Made by a program: the position numbers and the translations under genes. This document shows positions 48,861 to 64,000 of a stretch of DNA of 64,000 bases, in pieces. The notes under the pieces are model-generated. The model made no database searches, was not told the DNA's origin, and saw only the letters and a program-made list of their open reading frames with translations. The stretch is from Dendrobates tinctorius (lineage: Eukaryota): NCBI RefSeq assembly GCF_039654945.1, contig NW_027361870.1, positions 26,226,001 to 26,290,000 on the forward strand, given 5' to 3'. Numbering within the stretch: position 1 is the first letter of the stretch; each line of letters begins with the position of its first letter.

Positions 48861-51507
48861 TTTAGATAAAATGAATATGTACTATTCATTTATGAAATAA
48901 AAGTTAAAATGACGGATACACTTTAAAGTAGATCTTCAATTTTTAGAACATCAAAACACTGCTATGATCTTAATAAATGTAATCCCTATTTATGCCAATA
49001 ATGTACAGCTATAATTTTCAGGTATAATCATCTCTGCCATATATACCGTATTATAATACAATAGGGAACAGACTGTATTAGTTACATACACCCTCACGCA
49101 GGGATTATTATTATTATTTATTTATATAGCGCCATTGAGTCCATGGTGCTGTACATGAGAGGGGGTTACATACAAATTACAGATATCACTTACAGTAAAC
49201 AAACTAACAATTACAGACTGGTATAGAGGGGAGAGAGGACCCTGCCCTTTCGGGCTTACATTCTACAGGATGGTGTGGAAGGAGACAGTAGGTTGGGGGG
49301 TTGCAGCAGCTCCAGTGATGGTGAGGCGGTGGCGGGGATCATTGCAGGCTGTAGGCTTTCCTGAAGAGATGGCTTTTCAGGTTCCGTCAGAAGGATCCGA
49401 GAGTGGTTGATAGCCGGACGTGTTGGGGCAAAGAATTCCAGAGGATGGGGGCTATTCAGGAGAAGTCTTGGAGGCGGTTGGGTGAGGAGCGAATAAGTGT
49501 GGAGAAGAGAAGGAGGTCTTGGAATGACCGGAGATTACGCGAGGGAAGGAATCGGGAGATTAGTTCATAGACATATGGAGGAGACAGGTTATAGATGGCC
49601 TTGTAGGTCAGTATTAGTAATTTGAATTGGATACACTAAGGGAGTGGGAGCCAGTGTAGAGATTTCCAGAGGGGAGAAGTGGAGGAGTAGCGAGGAGAGA
49701 GATGAATTAGTCAGGCAGCAGAGATAAGGATGGACTGGAGAGGTGCGAGGGTGTTAGCAGGGAGACCACAGAAAAGGATGTTGCAGTAGTCAAGACGGGA
49801 GATGATGAGGGCATGCACAAGCATTTTAGTAGAGTGAGGGTTGATGAAGGGACGGATTCTGGAAATATTTTTGAGCTGGAGGCGGCAGGAAGTGGAGAGA
49901 GCTTGGATGTGCAGTTTGAAGGACAAGGCAGAGTCAAGGGTTACTCCAAAGCAGCGGACCTCTTGTACGGGGGAAAGCGTGATGTCGTCAATTGTTATAG
50001 ATAGGTCAGGAAGATCTGTGAAATGGGGGAAAGATGATCAGTTCAGATTTGTCCACATTCAGTTTGAGGAAGCGGGAGAAGAAGGAGGATATGGCTGATA
50101 GACACTCCGGGATTTTGGAGAGCAGAGCGGTGACGTCTGGGCCAGAGAGGTAGATCTGGGTATCATCGGCATAAAGGTGGTACTGGAGTCCGTGGGACTT
50201 TATGAGTTGCCCCAGGCCAAGTGTATAGATTGAGAAGAGTAGGGGTCCTAGAACAGAGCCTTGGGGGACTCCAACAGAAAGAGGGTGGGATGAGGAGGTA
50301 GTGTGGGAGTGGGAGACGCTGAATGTGCGGTTGGAGAGGTATGAGGAGATCCAGGATAGGGCAAGGTCTTTAATGCCAAAGGAAGAGAGGATCTGTATTA
50401 GGAGGCAGTGGTCAACTGTGTCGAAGGCAGAGGACAGGTCTAGAAGGAGGAGTATAGAGTATTGTCCGTTTGCTTTGGCTGTAAGTAGGTCGTTAGTAAT
50501 TTTGGTCAGGGCTATCTCAGTGGAGTTGTGGTACCGGCAGGCACACGGGATGCAGTGACAAGACGCGAGACGACTTTATGCTTTTGGTAATAACTTTTTA
50601 TAAGTATGGATCAGGTGACTAGTCTAAGCAACCAAACAGGTAACAGGGATTGTCCTCGCTGGGACTCAACACAAGGAAACACAGATATATAGGAACACGA
50701 CTACCCCGGCAAAGGTCGGTCACTATAGGGCCGCAGTATGGCCGACTACGGGTCCTTAGCTATATAATGTCACTTATCCGTCCTGACGTCCTCGGCGTCC
50801 TGGGTGAAGGTTCTTCGGCGTAGCAGCCGCTGGGCCCAGCTGCTGAAGAACTGGCGCAGTCTTCGAGCGTTCCGACACTCAGGCGAAGCAGGGGCACAAC
50901 AGGCCCCGGAAGAGTTCCTGGACGGATGGGCCGCAATCCCCGGACGGGGGTAAGCGGTCGCGAAGCGAGGTGGTGACTGGCAAGCCACCGGCGCAGCCAG
51001 CAACTGTAACAGGGGGTCCGCAGCGGGCAACGGCCCAACACTTGCCATGGACTGGAGCAGGGAACTAGTGGTTGCCGTCTGCAATGAACTGGCCACAGCC
51101 GCGGTCGGAAGCGGGGTGGCTGCGGGCGGCGTGGGGTAGGCCGCAGCCGCGGGCTGGAGGGAGGTGGTAACGGCCGCAGGTGACCGTGGGCAGGCCGCAG
51201 CCACGGGCTGGAGTGTGGCGGCAATGGCAGCAGGTATCCACGGGCAGGCCGCGGGTTGAGGTGGAGCAGCGGTTCTCTGACTGCCGACTCGGCGCCGTCC
51301 CTCTGCCGTCCAGTGTAAGTGTCCCTCTTAATTCTGGCCTCCTCTCTGGCCTCTGTACGTCGCACTGGCTCTCACACACTCCCACAGTCTCCTGCTCCTT
51401 CTTCCCCGTTCTGCTGACTCACTGCGACTCGCGTTCTCCTCCCTTTTTATATCAGCTCCTCCCCCAGCCCATTTGTCAGTCTCAGCGGTCCGGCCCTGAA
51501 CTCTGTC

Positions 51508-54397
51508 TGTTAGGGACGGCGGAACGCACTAAATATAAAATAATAGAAAGTGCGTTCGCCGCCCGGGGTCCACCGTGCAGAGGTGTTAAACTGCTGCTAT
51601 ATAATGGCAGATGCACAATATGGCTGTATATCGCACATGGGATGAACGTCACCCGGTGTGCACTGGGCGTACTCTGTTATATTCACAGAGTCGCCTTAAG
51701 GCATAAAAATAAATGCTGAGCCTGTTGACCTCACAGGTCTCAGCGGTGTGCACGCACAGTATATGGTCACAGGACTCGGGCCCAAGACACAGGGTTGGTG
51801 TCCGTCTAGACCTACCGTGCGTGCGGCGTCGCTACTGCAGACGCCCACAAGTACTGCTGACCGCAGCATGGCAACTGACTCAGCCACTATACGACAATGC
51901 CCAGGAGGGGCGCACTGTCGGACGCTAGCTCTGTGGAGATGAGCACTGTGGCTTGTAGCATGCCACTGACTGGCGCTGACTCTAAGGCTAAGTCCCTGTC
52001 CACACACGTAATATCAGAGGGAGGGGATCTTAATGAGTCATTCGCAGGTTCATGCATCCATCATCATTCACACAGTAGCAATTAGAGACTACACTAGCGC
52101 ATGGCCGAGCGGCCATGCAGACCTTTTATAGACGTGCGGGATCTTCCAGATCTCTGGGATGGACCAATCAGACCAGGAGAAGGACCTGAGCACGTGACTC
52201 CCGATCTCTAATGGGAGATCGTCTCGTCAGCATGCCCAGTAGCGTGACAAGAGGACTTAGCCACTGGGGTGGCTTGCTGCAGGGCACCCTGCGCTGCTAT
52301 TGCTGACCCAGAGGTGGCAGCAACAACCAGTCCTATAGAGCTGGTCTGAGCAGAGTGCCTGCGACGCCGAGATTGCTGTGCAGGCTCCTGAGCCGTCGGA
52401 GAAGAATGGGAGACCGCAGGATGCAAGGCTCTGGATTTCCGCTGTGCAGCTGCAGGAAACCGACACCTAACATTACCCCCCTCCTAGGGCCCCCTCCCCT
52501 CTGAGCCTCGGCACGCTCAAAAGCCGCGATCAGGAGCGGGGCGTGGATGTTCTCCACTGGCTCCCAGGTCCGGGCCTCCAGACCATGACCCTTCCAGTCA
52601 ACCAAATAAAAATTTTTGCCACGCACAATCCTGCGTCCCACAATGGCGTTGACCTCAAACTTATCCAAGGACAAGTCTGATGTCCCGGCAGATGACTCGG
52701 AAAACCGAGCCATGTGAACAGGCTTGAGAAGGGACACATGGAAGACGTCAGAGATGGCCAAGTGTGGTGGAAGAGCCAGACGGTAGACCACTGAGCTCAT
52801 GCGCTCGAGGACCTTGAAGGGACCAATGTATCGCAGAGCGAACTTGGAGAACTCGGCCCGCAGCTTGATATTACGCGCAGAGAGCCACACCAAGTCACCA
52901 GGGGCAAAAGTTGGAGCGGGACGCCAATGTGTGTCGGCTGACACTCTCATTCTCTCTTTAGAGGCTCGAATAGCATCCTGGGTGCGATTCCAAATGTCGT
53001 GAGCCTCCACTGCCCAGTCTGCCACCCTGGAATCAGTGGAAGACACTGGCATCGGAACAGGGACACGCGGATGCTGGCCGTAATTGAGAAGGAACGGCGT
53101 CTGACCAGTGGAATCAGCCACTGCGTTATTCAGGGCAAATTCAGCCCACGGTAGTAAGGATGCCCAGTCATCCTGCCTGGCAGAGACAAAATGTCGCAGG
53201 TATGTGACCAGTTTGATTGGCTCTCTCAATCAACCCGTTCGTCTCAGGATGATATGAGGAGGACAAATTGAGCTCGATACTGAGTAGACTGCAGAGCTCC
53301 CTCCAAAATCGAGACGCAAACTGGGGACCTCGGTCACTGACTATTTTGTCTGGCATACCGTGCAAACGAAATACGTGCTTTATGAACAGTGTGGCGAGAC
53401 CACGAGCAGATGGCAGTCGCGCAAGTGGCACCAGATGCACCATTTTAGAGAAATGATCGGTGACCACCCAGATGACCGTGCTGCCACCAGATTTGGGCAG
53501 GCCGACCACAAAGTCCATGCCAACCATCTCCCAGGGTCTGTCTGCCACCGGCAAGGGATACAGTAACCCAGCCGGCCTCTGCCTAGAGGACCTGTTCCGA
53601 GCACAAGAGACGCATGCTTGAATGTACTCTTTAGTGTCCCGAGCCATGTGCTGCCACTAATAAGACCTTGTCAGGAGTTCTGTGGTCTGCTTAATGCCAA
53701 AGTGACCATCACTGTATATGGTCACAGGACTCGGGCCCAAGACACAGGGTCGGTGTCCGTCTAGACCTACCGTGCGTGCGGCGTCGCTACCGTGGACGCC
53801 CACAAGTGCTGCTGACCGCAGCGCGGCAACTGATTCAGCCGATATACGACAATGCCCAGGAGGGGCGCACTGTCGGGCGCTAGCTCTGTGGAGATGAGCA
53901 CTGTGGTTTGTAGCATGCCACGGACTGTCGCTGAATTTAAGGCTAAGTCCCTGTCCACACACGTAATATCAGAGGGAGGGGATCTTAATGAGTCATTCAC
54001 AGGTTCATGCATCCCTCATCATTCACACAGTAGCAATTAGAGACTACACTAGAGCATGACAGAGTGGCCATGCGGACCTTTTATAGACGTGCGGGACCTT
54101 CCAGAAGGACCTGAGCATGTGACTCCGGATCTCCAATGGGAGATCGTCTCATGAGCATGCCCAGTAGCGTGACGAGAGGACTTAGCCACTGGAGTGGCTT
54201 GCTGCAGGGCAGCCTGCGCTGCTATTGCTGACCCAGAGGTGGCAGCAACAACCAGTCCTGCAGAGCTGGTCTGAGCAGAGCACCTGCGACGCCGAGATTG
54301 CTGTGCAGGCTCCTGAGTGGTCGGAGAAGAATGGGAGACCGCAGGATGCAAGGCTCTGGATTCCCGCTGTGCAGCTGCAGGAACCCGACGCCTAACA
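51508..54397 (-). mobile_element. Internally deleted Gypsy/chromovirus
   Basis: 5-bp TSD CTGTC. Full LTR 51508-52472, PPT at 52473-52500, truncated LTR 53714-54397. Confidence 0.9.
52473..53712 (-). pseudogene. Integrase + chromodomain remnant (frameshifted)
   Basis: GHFG...CVSC, MDFVVGLP, VSDRGPQF, HPETNGLIER, FEVNAIV...YLVDWKGHG...TWEP. Confidence 0.88.
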
Positions 54398-54939
54398 CTG
54401 TCCCCCGTAAACAACCTGCCCCGGAACCTAATTGACGGTCCCCTTGTTTCCGGCCCGGAAACTTGACGGGGGCCCCTTCTCCCACAGAGTGATGGGGCTG
54501 AAACCAGATTGTAGATTGTCAAAGAGCAGGTTAGATGAGAAATGGGAGCAGGGGCGTATCTAGGGGGGGCAGCCGGGGCAGTTGCCCCGGGCGCAGTCGG
54601 CAGTGGGCGCAGTCCGGGCCGCCTAATGCAGCGGTCCGCAGTGTCCTCCCTGGCGGCTGCGTTCTGCCGCCCCCCCGGCCTGAGAGTCGGCGGTTCTCTG
54701 TGTCAGCTGTCAAGCTGACAGCTGGCGCAGAGAAGGTGCGCGTGCCGGCTCCCAGGGAACAATTGTACTGGCATCTGTATAGACGCCAGTACAATTGCAG
54801 CTCTGACCGCCGGCCAGAGCGACGTCAGCAGCGTGACATGTCATGTGATCACACTGCTGACGTCACTCCCCGGCACCCAGAGTGAACGCTCAGCCCTGGT
54901 GGTAAGTGTGCTCCAATGTGGAGCTGAAGAAACCACCGA

Positions 54940-55500
54940 AGATGGGGGGTGTTAATGTGTGGGGATGGGGTTAATGCGTGGGGGGAATTAATGAGTGGAG
55001 ATGAGGTTAATGTGGGGTGGGGGGTTAATGAGTGGGGGGGTTAATGAGTGGGGATGGGGGTTACTGTGTGGGGGGTAAAGAGTGGGGATGGGGGTTAATG
55101 TGTGGGGGGTTAATGAGTGGGGATGGGGTTAATGTGTGGGGGGTTAATGAGTGGGGATGGGGTTAATGTGTGGGGGGTTAATGAGTGGGGATGGGGGTTA
55201 TTGAGTGGGGATGGAATTAATGTGTGGGGGGGTTAATGAGTGGGGATGGGGGTTAATGTGTGGGGGATTTGGAGTGGGGGGTACATAATGTGTTGGGGGA
55301 TTTGGGAGTATGGACGGGGGGTTAATGACTGGGGATGGGGGTTATTGTTTGGGGGGGTTAATGAGTAGGGATGGGGTTAATATGTGGGGGATTTGGAGTG
55401 GGGAGTACATAATGTGTGGGGGGGATTTGGGGATGGGGGGTATTTAATGTGTGTGAGGGATTTGGAGTGGGGATGGGGGATTTAATGTGTGTGGGGAGAT
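54940..55500. repeat. G-rich minisatellite (GGGGTTAATGAGTGGGGATG mosaic)
   Basis: Tandem degenerate units with repeated G4-G7 tracts. Confidence 0.85.
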
Positions 55501-55985
55501 TTGAGGACACAGAGTATGTATGAGGAAACAGTATGGGGGTTGGGTGCAGACAGTATGGGGAGCGAAAAGGTTAATGTATGTGGACACAGTATGGGGAGTC
55601 AGGGGTATGTGTGAGCAGGCAGTATAGAGAGTGAGGGGGTAAATATATGAGGAGACAGTATTGTGAACAGAGGGATGATAGAGGAGACAGTATGAGGAAG
55701 GAGGGGAATAGTGTGAGGTGACAGTATATTGCAGATATTTGTATTTAGGGGCATTATAATGACACTTCTATCTTTAAGGGGATCGGGTGGAGATTTGCTG
55801 CAGAAGACCGGAGAAGATGGAAGTCTGCAGAGACGGCTGTGGATGAGAAAACTCATCATGGGGTTTGGACAAGAAGAAGAAAAGGAGAATGACTCCAGAG
55901 ACGACGTCATCTATAAGGTACCTGGATGTAAATGTTATTTGTGCTACTGACTTGTTCTCATGTTTTTATTTGTTAGGAACATTAA

Positions 55986-56375
55986 AGGGGTTCTCCAGGT
56001 TTGTGCTGAGTCTGCTGTCATTCTATGCGACTGCAGACTTCTGAATTCTCACAGTGCTCACTGAACGCTGTCAGGATTCTCTCGTGCCGGTAATTTACAT
56101 ACATGCGGTCACATGCTGACTAGACATGTGTGGCCTCACTCAATGAAAATGAACGGAACGAGGCCGGGCACGTCTAGTCGGAGTGTGGCCAGAAGTATAT
56201 AAATCACATACTTGTGCTGACATGACTGTACATCAGCAAGGGAGAATCCTAAAAGTGTGCAGTGCATTAGTTGTGAGAATTCAGAAGCTGCAATGTCAGG
56301 ATTCAGCTCTGCAGGTTCCAGTAGTCATCACACGGACACTTCACTCATATGCGATTTTCATACTTGACAACGAGC
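55986..56375. mobile_element. Kolobok/T2-type MITE nested in the hAT element
   Basis: TTAA|AGGGGTTCTCCAGG left end with internal inverted arms; right end degenerate. Confidence 0.55.
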
Positions 56376-56994
56376 TTCTCTTCCTGCTTTCAGTTTTTTA
56401 CTGAACATTGAGAGCATTAGGGAGAGCAGCTCGTGGGTACATGACTAAGAGTGCAAGTCGCATATGTACTTGGAGGGGGGGGGGGCGCCGAACCAAATTC
56501 TTGCCCCGGGTGCCAGGAAGCCTAGATACGCCTCTGGATGGGAGGGAAGTTCAGCGTGGACGTGCTGCTCCAGGAGTTTAGAAGCAAATGGGAGCAGCGA
56601 TATTGGGCGATAGCTGGACATAGTGGTTGGGTCGAGGGTTGGCTTTTTGAGGATAGGCGTGATTGTAGCATGTTTGAAAGCAGAAGGGAAGGTACCGGAA
56701 GTTAGTGGTGAGTTAGAGATGGGATAAGAGTGATGGGGAGGAGGTGGGATGGGGTCAAGTGCACAAGTGGTGAGGTGTGATTTGGAGAGAAGATGAGCAA
56801 GCATCCCCTTCAGTGATGTTGGATAAGGATGTTATGGGGTTTGGGCATTGCACAACTTATTGCAAACTTTAGGAGACGCTTAGCCCGTTCTTTATCTTAT
56901 AAAACCTACAAAAGACAAAATGAGAAAAACACTTATAGTAGCCATATAGTGAGAACTCCCATAAACAGGAATAAAAATTCCAAAAAGTTATAAG

Positions 56995-57138
56995 TAGAGA
57001 TGAGCCAATTTTTGTTTGATGATCGTTTCCGAACATATTCGCTCATCTCTACTCCCATTGACTCCAATGGCGTTCGGCTTCACTGCAATTACGGCGATCA
57101 TAATTCAAACCAAATATTGAAATATTTGCTCATCTCTA
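56995..57138. mobile_element. hAT-type MITE
   Basis: TAGAGATGAGC...GCTCATCTCTA; perfect TSD GTTATAAG. Confidence 0.88.
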
Positions 57139-58701
57139 GTTATAAGCCATGAGCAAATCTAGAACACTGCCCAACTAGGCCAATAGGGTTCACGCAGACA
57201 AGCACTTAAACAGGAAAAGTGGCCACTAAGTAAAATGAGAGTGTTAATTAAACTAATCCCACTCTTCCAAAAGCACGAAAAACACTTTCTAACAAGGGTC
57301 GTAACAGGATAAAGGCTGTCTGAACACAAAGTGCCGAGTGACTGAGCAAAACTATTCCATGTGTCTGAGAAACCATCTGGATTATATTTATCAGGATTTT
57401 TGTAAGAAATATTTATTAATCTATTTCCGTGAAATAAAGGCCCCCATGCAACCTGTTTTACATTAATCTGTGAAACAGATGCTGAAACTAAGAATATTTT
57501 TTTAAAGTTTGTAAAAAGATATTATTTTTTTTATTGCAAAAAGCTGCATTAGAGAGTCAGATCACAACTATGCATCCATGTAAAATGATGTGTCAGGTAA
57601 TATAGAAATTGTCTCTTCAGAGAGCAAGAGGACTAGAACTCTAGTGCCACCTATAGGAAGTAGCAATCCTAAAAGGATTATTCTACAATTCTAGTCCTCT
57701 TCCTCTCTAAAGAGATAGTTTGCATATTTCCCAGTGGAGCATTGAGGTCTAAGTCTCCCCACCTCGACATGTCAGTTATGGCCAGAAACAGAATCAACTT
57801 TGTGACATTTTTTTCCTAAATGGCACTGTTAGAAAAAGCTCCAGGAGGAATCCTGCAAAAAAAATGTCAAAATGAGGCGGATTTCATTCTGTGAGGGCAG
57901 AGTTTATTTCCTAAATGTGATGGAGGCCAAGAGGATATCCTTATGGTCTCTATTGGGCTGGTATACTATCGAATGGAGAAATCTGCTGCAATATTCCAGA
58001 TTTTCACGTAGAGTAATATTGCCAGGGGCATAACTACAATAGGCGCAGGGGTGGCAAACGCACCCGGGGCCTAAAACGTCCCTTTAACCTATATAAAAAG
58101 ACCAATGCCATTAAAGACTTGCAATAATTGGAGCTTTTGCATTGCGGCCCATGAGCTTCATGTTACGCCACTAGTATTTTTTATATATTTATTTTTATTG
58201 TGGTATAATGGGGTCGACATATACCATTTGATAGCATTCATGGTAAAATTGTCTTCACGGAGTCCTCCAACATCCACTGCAGTGTGAAAAGAGTCCAATT
58301 CAGCGTCACTGTAGAACCTTCAGCCACAGAGACGATTAACAAAAAAGTTCTGGACACCATGAAGGAATAATAAAACAAATACAATAAATAAATAAGTACA
58401 ATAAAATACTTAATAAATAAATACTAATACTGTAAATAAAATAATATAAACTAAGAAATGTATATATAATAAGGAAGTTTTTCAGAGCCCCATCTAAATG
58501 CCATGGAAGATGACCAAGTACACCTACATTCTTTTTATTGTCTATGGAACTGTAGGAAATAGCCGAGCATTGTACTCGACTTTATCCAGCAATCCCATAG
58601 CCAGTGAATGGAGCAGAGGTTCTCATGCTTGACTGCTGCTCTATTCGGCAGAGTCCTAATCCTGGGGTCCGAGAGGGGAAGTCCAAGTGATCAGTAACTT
58701 A

Positions 58702-60783
<2,082 letters not shown>

Positions 60784-60785
<2 letters not shown>

Positions 60786-62745
60786 ATAAAAATCTTGAGG
60801 AGTGGCTCCAGCGGAGAACCTTTGATCTATCTCCACTCCGAACGAAGGTCCTACCAGACGGTGGGGAGATCAGGCTTACTGGAGCCACGGTAAGAATTTT
60901 GGCAGGATCGATGAGATGAGTGGGACCCTCCTCCTTGTCGACAGACAGGAATGACCGTGAAAGAGCATTCGCCTTGATGTTCTTCTCCCCAGGTCGGAAG
61001 TGGAGTTCGAAGTCAAATCTTTCAAAAAAGAGTGACCATCTGACCTGCCGTGGGTTGAGCCTTTGGGCGGACCGAAGGTAGGCCAAATTCTTGTGATCCG
61101 TAAAAATGATGAACGGATGGAGAGCACCCTCGAGAAGATGATGCCATTCTTCGAAAGCCATTTTTATGGCCAAGAGCTCTCTATCTCCCACAGCATAATT
61201 GCTTTCAGGGGCCGAAAAAGCTTTGGAAAAGAATCCGCAGGTGAGAGTGCGACCCGAGGAAGACTTTTGCAGCAGAACTGCGCCTGCTCCCACCGCAGAC
61301 GCGTCGACTTCGAGTATGAATGGCCTACTGGCGTCCGGGCGATGAAGTACAGGAGACTTGGCGAATTCCTGCTTCAAGACCTCAAAGGCAGTCTCTGCAT
61401 CCGGAGGCCAATGGTTGGGATCTGCTCCTTTGCGGACAAGAGTGGAGATGGGTTTAGTCAAGGAAGAAAAATGAGGGATAAATTGCCTGTAATAATTGGC
61501 AAAACCCAAAAAGCGTTGAATGGCCTTAACTCCGAGAGGGCGAGGCCAATTGAGAACTGCCGAGACTTTTTCCGGATCCATCTCTAATCCCGATTTCGAG
61601 ATGATGTAGCCAAGAAAAGGCAATGAAGTCTGCTCGAAGAGGCACTTCTCCAACTTGGCAAACAGGTGGTTCTCTCTGAGACGTTGGAGGACTTGGCAAA
61701 CGTCTCGACGATGTGAAATCAAATCGGGGGAAAAGACCAAGATGTTGTCTAGGTAGACCACGACACAGGAGTAGAGGAGGTCTCGAAAGACATCATTAAC
61801 GAGTTCTTGAAATACTGCAGATGCGTTGCAGAGCCCAAAGGACATCACCAAATACTCATAGTGTCCATCTCGCGTGTTAAACGCGGTCTTCCATTCGTCC
61901 CCGGAGCGTATGCGAACCAAATTGTAGGCCCCTCGTAAATCAAGTTTAGAAAACACACGAGCCCCCTTCAGGCGATCAAAAAGCTCAGAGATGAGTGGCA
62001 GTGGATATTTATTCTTCACCGTGATCTGATTTAAGCCACGATAATCGATGCACGGACGCAGGGACCCATCTTTCTTCTTTACGAAAAAGAAGCCTGCTCC
62101 TGCATGGGACGAGGACTTTCGAATGAAGCCTCTGGCTAAATTGTCTTGGATGTATTCAGACATCGCTTGTGACTCTGCTGAGGAGAGAGGATAAATTCTA
62201 CCCCGAGGCGGGGTTGAGCCAGGAACGAGCTCAATGGGGCAATCGTAGGGACGGTGCGGAGGAAGAGTCTCTGCTTCCTTTTTGTCAAAAACATCCAAAA
62301 AATCATGGTACACCGACGGCAATCCATGGGGTACAATGGGAGGACGGTGATTACCTACGGAGCGCACCGACAGCAGACACCGAGTCCGACACGACTCCCC
62401 CCAGTGCAGGACGTTACCACTATGCCAGTCTAAAATGGGCTCATGGAGCCGCAACCAGGGAAGACCCAGCAGGATGGGATGAGAAATACCTGCTAACACG
62501 TAAAACGTAATTTTCTCCTTGTGCAGAACCCCTACCTGTAACTCCACCTCATGGGTAACTAGGGTGACTGTCTCCAACAGGGGTGGACCATCTACGGAGG
62601 CGAAAACCTGAGGTTTTTGCAAGGGCCTCACGGGGACAGAAAGTTTATTCACCTCCTCTAACCGAATAAAATTTCCGGCGGCACCCGAATCCACATAGGC
62701 CACTAGAGAAGACCGCTTACCCCCAACATGAAAGAGGACAGACAA
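60784..62745 (-). pseudogene. Gypsy (sushi-like) pol: PR, RT, RH; truncated at the start of integrase
   Basis: YVDSGA, YLDN (YLDD changed to YLDN), VDASAVG; ends WSHSSRF at the junction with Tc1 DNA. Confidence 0.9.
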
Positions 62746-62799
62746 AGTGAGAGGGAGAGAGGTATCACATACACCTAGGGAGGCCTCTCTTACCTGGCC

Positions 62800-63807
62800 T
62801 AGGCGGAGAAGTTTTCCGGACGTTCCGGACAGGTTCGGATGAGGTGGGCACCGCTACCGCAGTAGAAACACTGACCGTGAAGGCTCCTCTCCTTTCGACT
62901 CTGGTCAGAGTTTCAGGCGGTCCACCTGCATAGGTTCGGGTGCCGGAGGTGAAGGAAGACTTCTAGCTCGAGGACTGGGAGGTCTGCGGACAGAAGAAAA
63001 TGGACGAGAGGCCCTTCTCTCCCTAGCCCGCTCCTGAAACCGGAGATCAATCCGAGTGACTAAGGAGATCAGATCCTCTAGGACAGTTGGGGTATCGCGA
63101 CCAGCGAGCTCATCCTTTATGCGACTCGAAAGGCCCTGCCAAAAGGCACCCACCAAGGCTTCGTTATTCCAACCTAAGTCGGAGGAGAGGGTCCTAAATT
63201 GGATAGCATACTGACCCACAGTTAGAGTACCTTGGCACAGGTCGAACAAAGCCTCTGTGGTAGAGGCTAAACGGCCCGGTTAATCAAAAACCCGGCGGAA
63301 GGTGTCAATAAAAACGGAAAGCTGAGTGACTATCGGGTCATCACGCTCCCAGAGAGGATTGACCCAAGCCAAAGCGTCCCCCTCCAGGTGAGAAATTATG
63401 AAGGCCACTTTGGCTCGGTCTGTGGGGTACTGTTGGGGGAGCAATTCAAAATGGAGACGGCACTGGTTAATAAAACCCCAGCATAAATTGGCATCCCCGC
63501 TATACCGGGGAGGCTTGGCTAACCGCGGAGGATGGGAAGCCGCAGCCGGAGGAGCAGACGCGGCCGAGTGCAGAGCGAGCAAGCGACCGTCTACAGAAGC
63601 CATATAACTGAGGATATGCGATTGGGTGTCTCGCTGCTGAGCCAATTCCTGCTGCAAGCCAGCCAACTGGGCAGCGTTACCAGGATCAGAGGACTGAATG
63701 GTGGACAGACGCGAGTCCATAGTTTTCATAAAGGACATCATGCGCGTCTGATTGTCCCGAAGGAAAACTAATTCCTTTTGAGCGGCCGAGGCTCCAGCGG
63801 GGTCCAT
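62800..63807 (-). pseudogene. Gypsy gag (internal stop/frameshift) with Zn knuckle
   Basis: ORFs 63280-63807 and 62905-63249; CFYCGSGAHLIRTC at ~62830-62872; GGAAAAC at 62811-62817. Confidence 0.85.
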
Positions 63808-63820
63808 GGCCTGAATATGC

Positions 63821-64000
63821 TGTTACGGTTGTAACTAGTGAGAAAGAGGACAGAAAAAGGTAGCCGGAAGTGGACCCTCTGGGTCACGGTTCCAGAGGCC
63901 CCGGGGGCGAGTACCCAGGTGAAGACCACCCCCTATACAGGGAGCGTTAGGGACAAACCTCCAGGGGATAGAACCGCGACAGCCGGAACCAAAGGGGCGA
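63821..64000 (-). mobile_element. 5' LTR of the Gypsy element (runs off the window)
   Basis: TGTTACGGTTGTAACTAGTGAGAAAG... is ~95% similar by eye to the sequence starting at 59912. Confidence 0.9.

Larger units (their letters stand above)
50527..54486. mobile_element. Solo LTR (~1.07 kb of own sequence, GC-rich) inserted in the L2
   Basis: GAGT|TGTGGTACC...TTCTCCCACA|GAGT (4-bp TSD). Confidence 0.8.
54549..56536. mobile_element. Non-autonomous hAT-type element
   Basis: CAGGGGCGTATCTAGG...CCTAGATACGCCTCTG; TSD AATGGGAG/GATGGGAG. Confidence 0.85.
49104..56860 (-). mobile_element. L2-clade LINE split by LTR and hAT insertions (own sequence 49104-50526, 54487-54548, 56537-~56860)
   Basis: (ATT)n tail at 49104; SRLDYCNIL; YADDTQIY region; NLQSGF; TFPSAFKHATITPILKKPTLDP...YRPISLLPFASKLLE. 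Confidence 0.88.

Noticed and set aside
58023-58173. Small hAT-like MITE (CAGGGGCATAAC...GTTACGCCACTA)
   Set aside because: Termini are degenerate and there is no TSD; too weak to list as a feature.

Overview
Eukaryotic, transposon-saturated, gene-poor window. The repeat repertoire points to an anuran (frog/toad) genome; this is inference from the element families seen. I could not recognise any host protein-coding exon, RNA gene or CRISPR array. Almost everything is nested mobile DNA with readable termini and target-site duplications (TSDs). (1) 14560-21902: a four-level nest, with a head-to-head palindromic Tc1 derivative containing a DD34E Tc1, which contains a foldback hAT-type element, which contains an intact 1.2-kb DD36E Tc1 (Incomer-type). 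(2) 22258-25433: a dead PIF/Harbinger gene pair (MADF/BESS plus transposase). (3) About 25814-43195: a piggyBac-like non-autonomous element split by a Penelope-like retroelement, itself split by a solo LTR holding a young chromodomain Gypsy, a Tc1 holding two nested hAT elements, and an L2. (4) 44178-48170: a Harbinger element that keeps an essentially intact 7-exon MADF/Myb-like gene while its transposase is reduced to an in-frame 41-codon fusion of its two ends. (5) 49104-56860: an L2 split by LTR, Gypsy and hAT insertions. (6) 58702-64000: a Tc1 interrupted by a solo LTR and fused to a sushi-like Gypsy. There are also many Harbinger/hAT/Kolobok MITEs, minisatellites and two N-gaps. The best candidates for something undescribed are the Myb-only Harbinger with its micro-transposase, two independent 'provirus + solo LTR + flank' chimeras, and the recurrent giant palindromes. 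All calls were made by eye; no database search was run.
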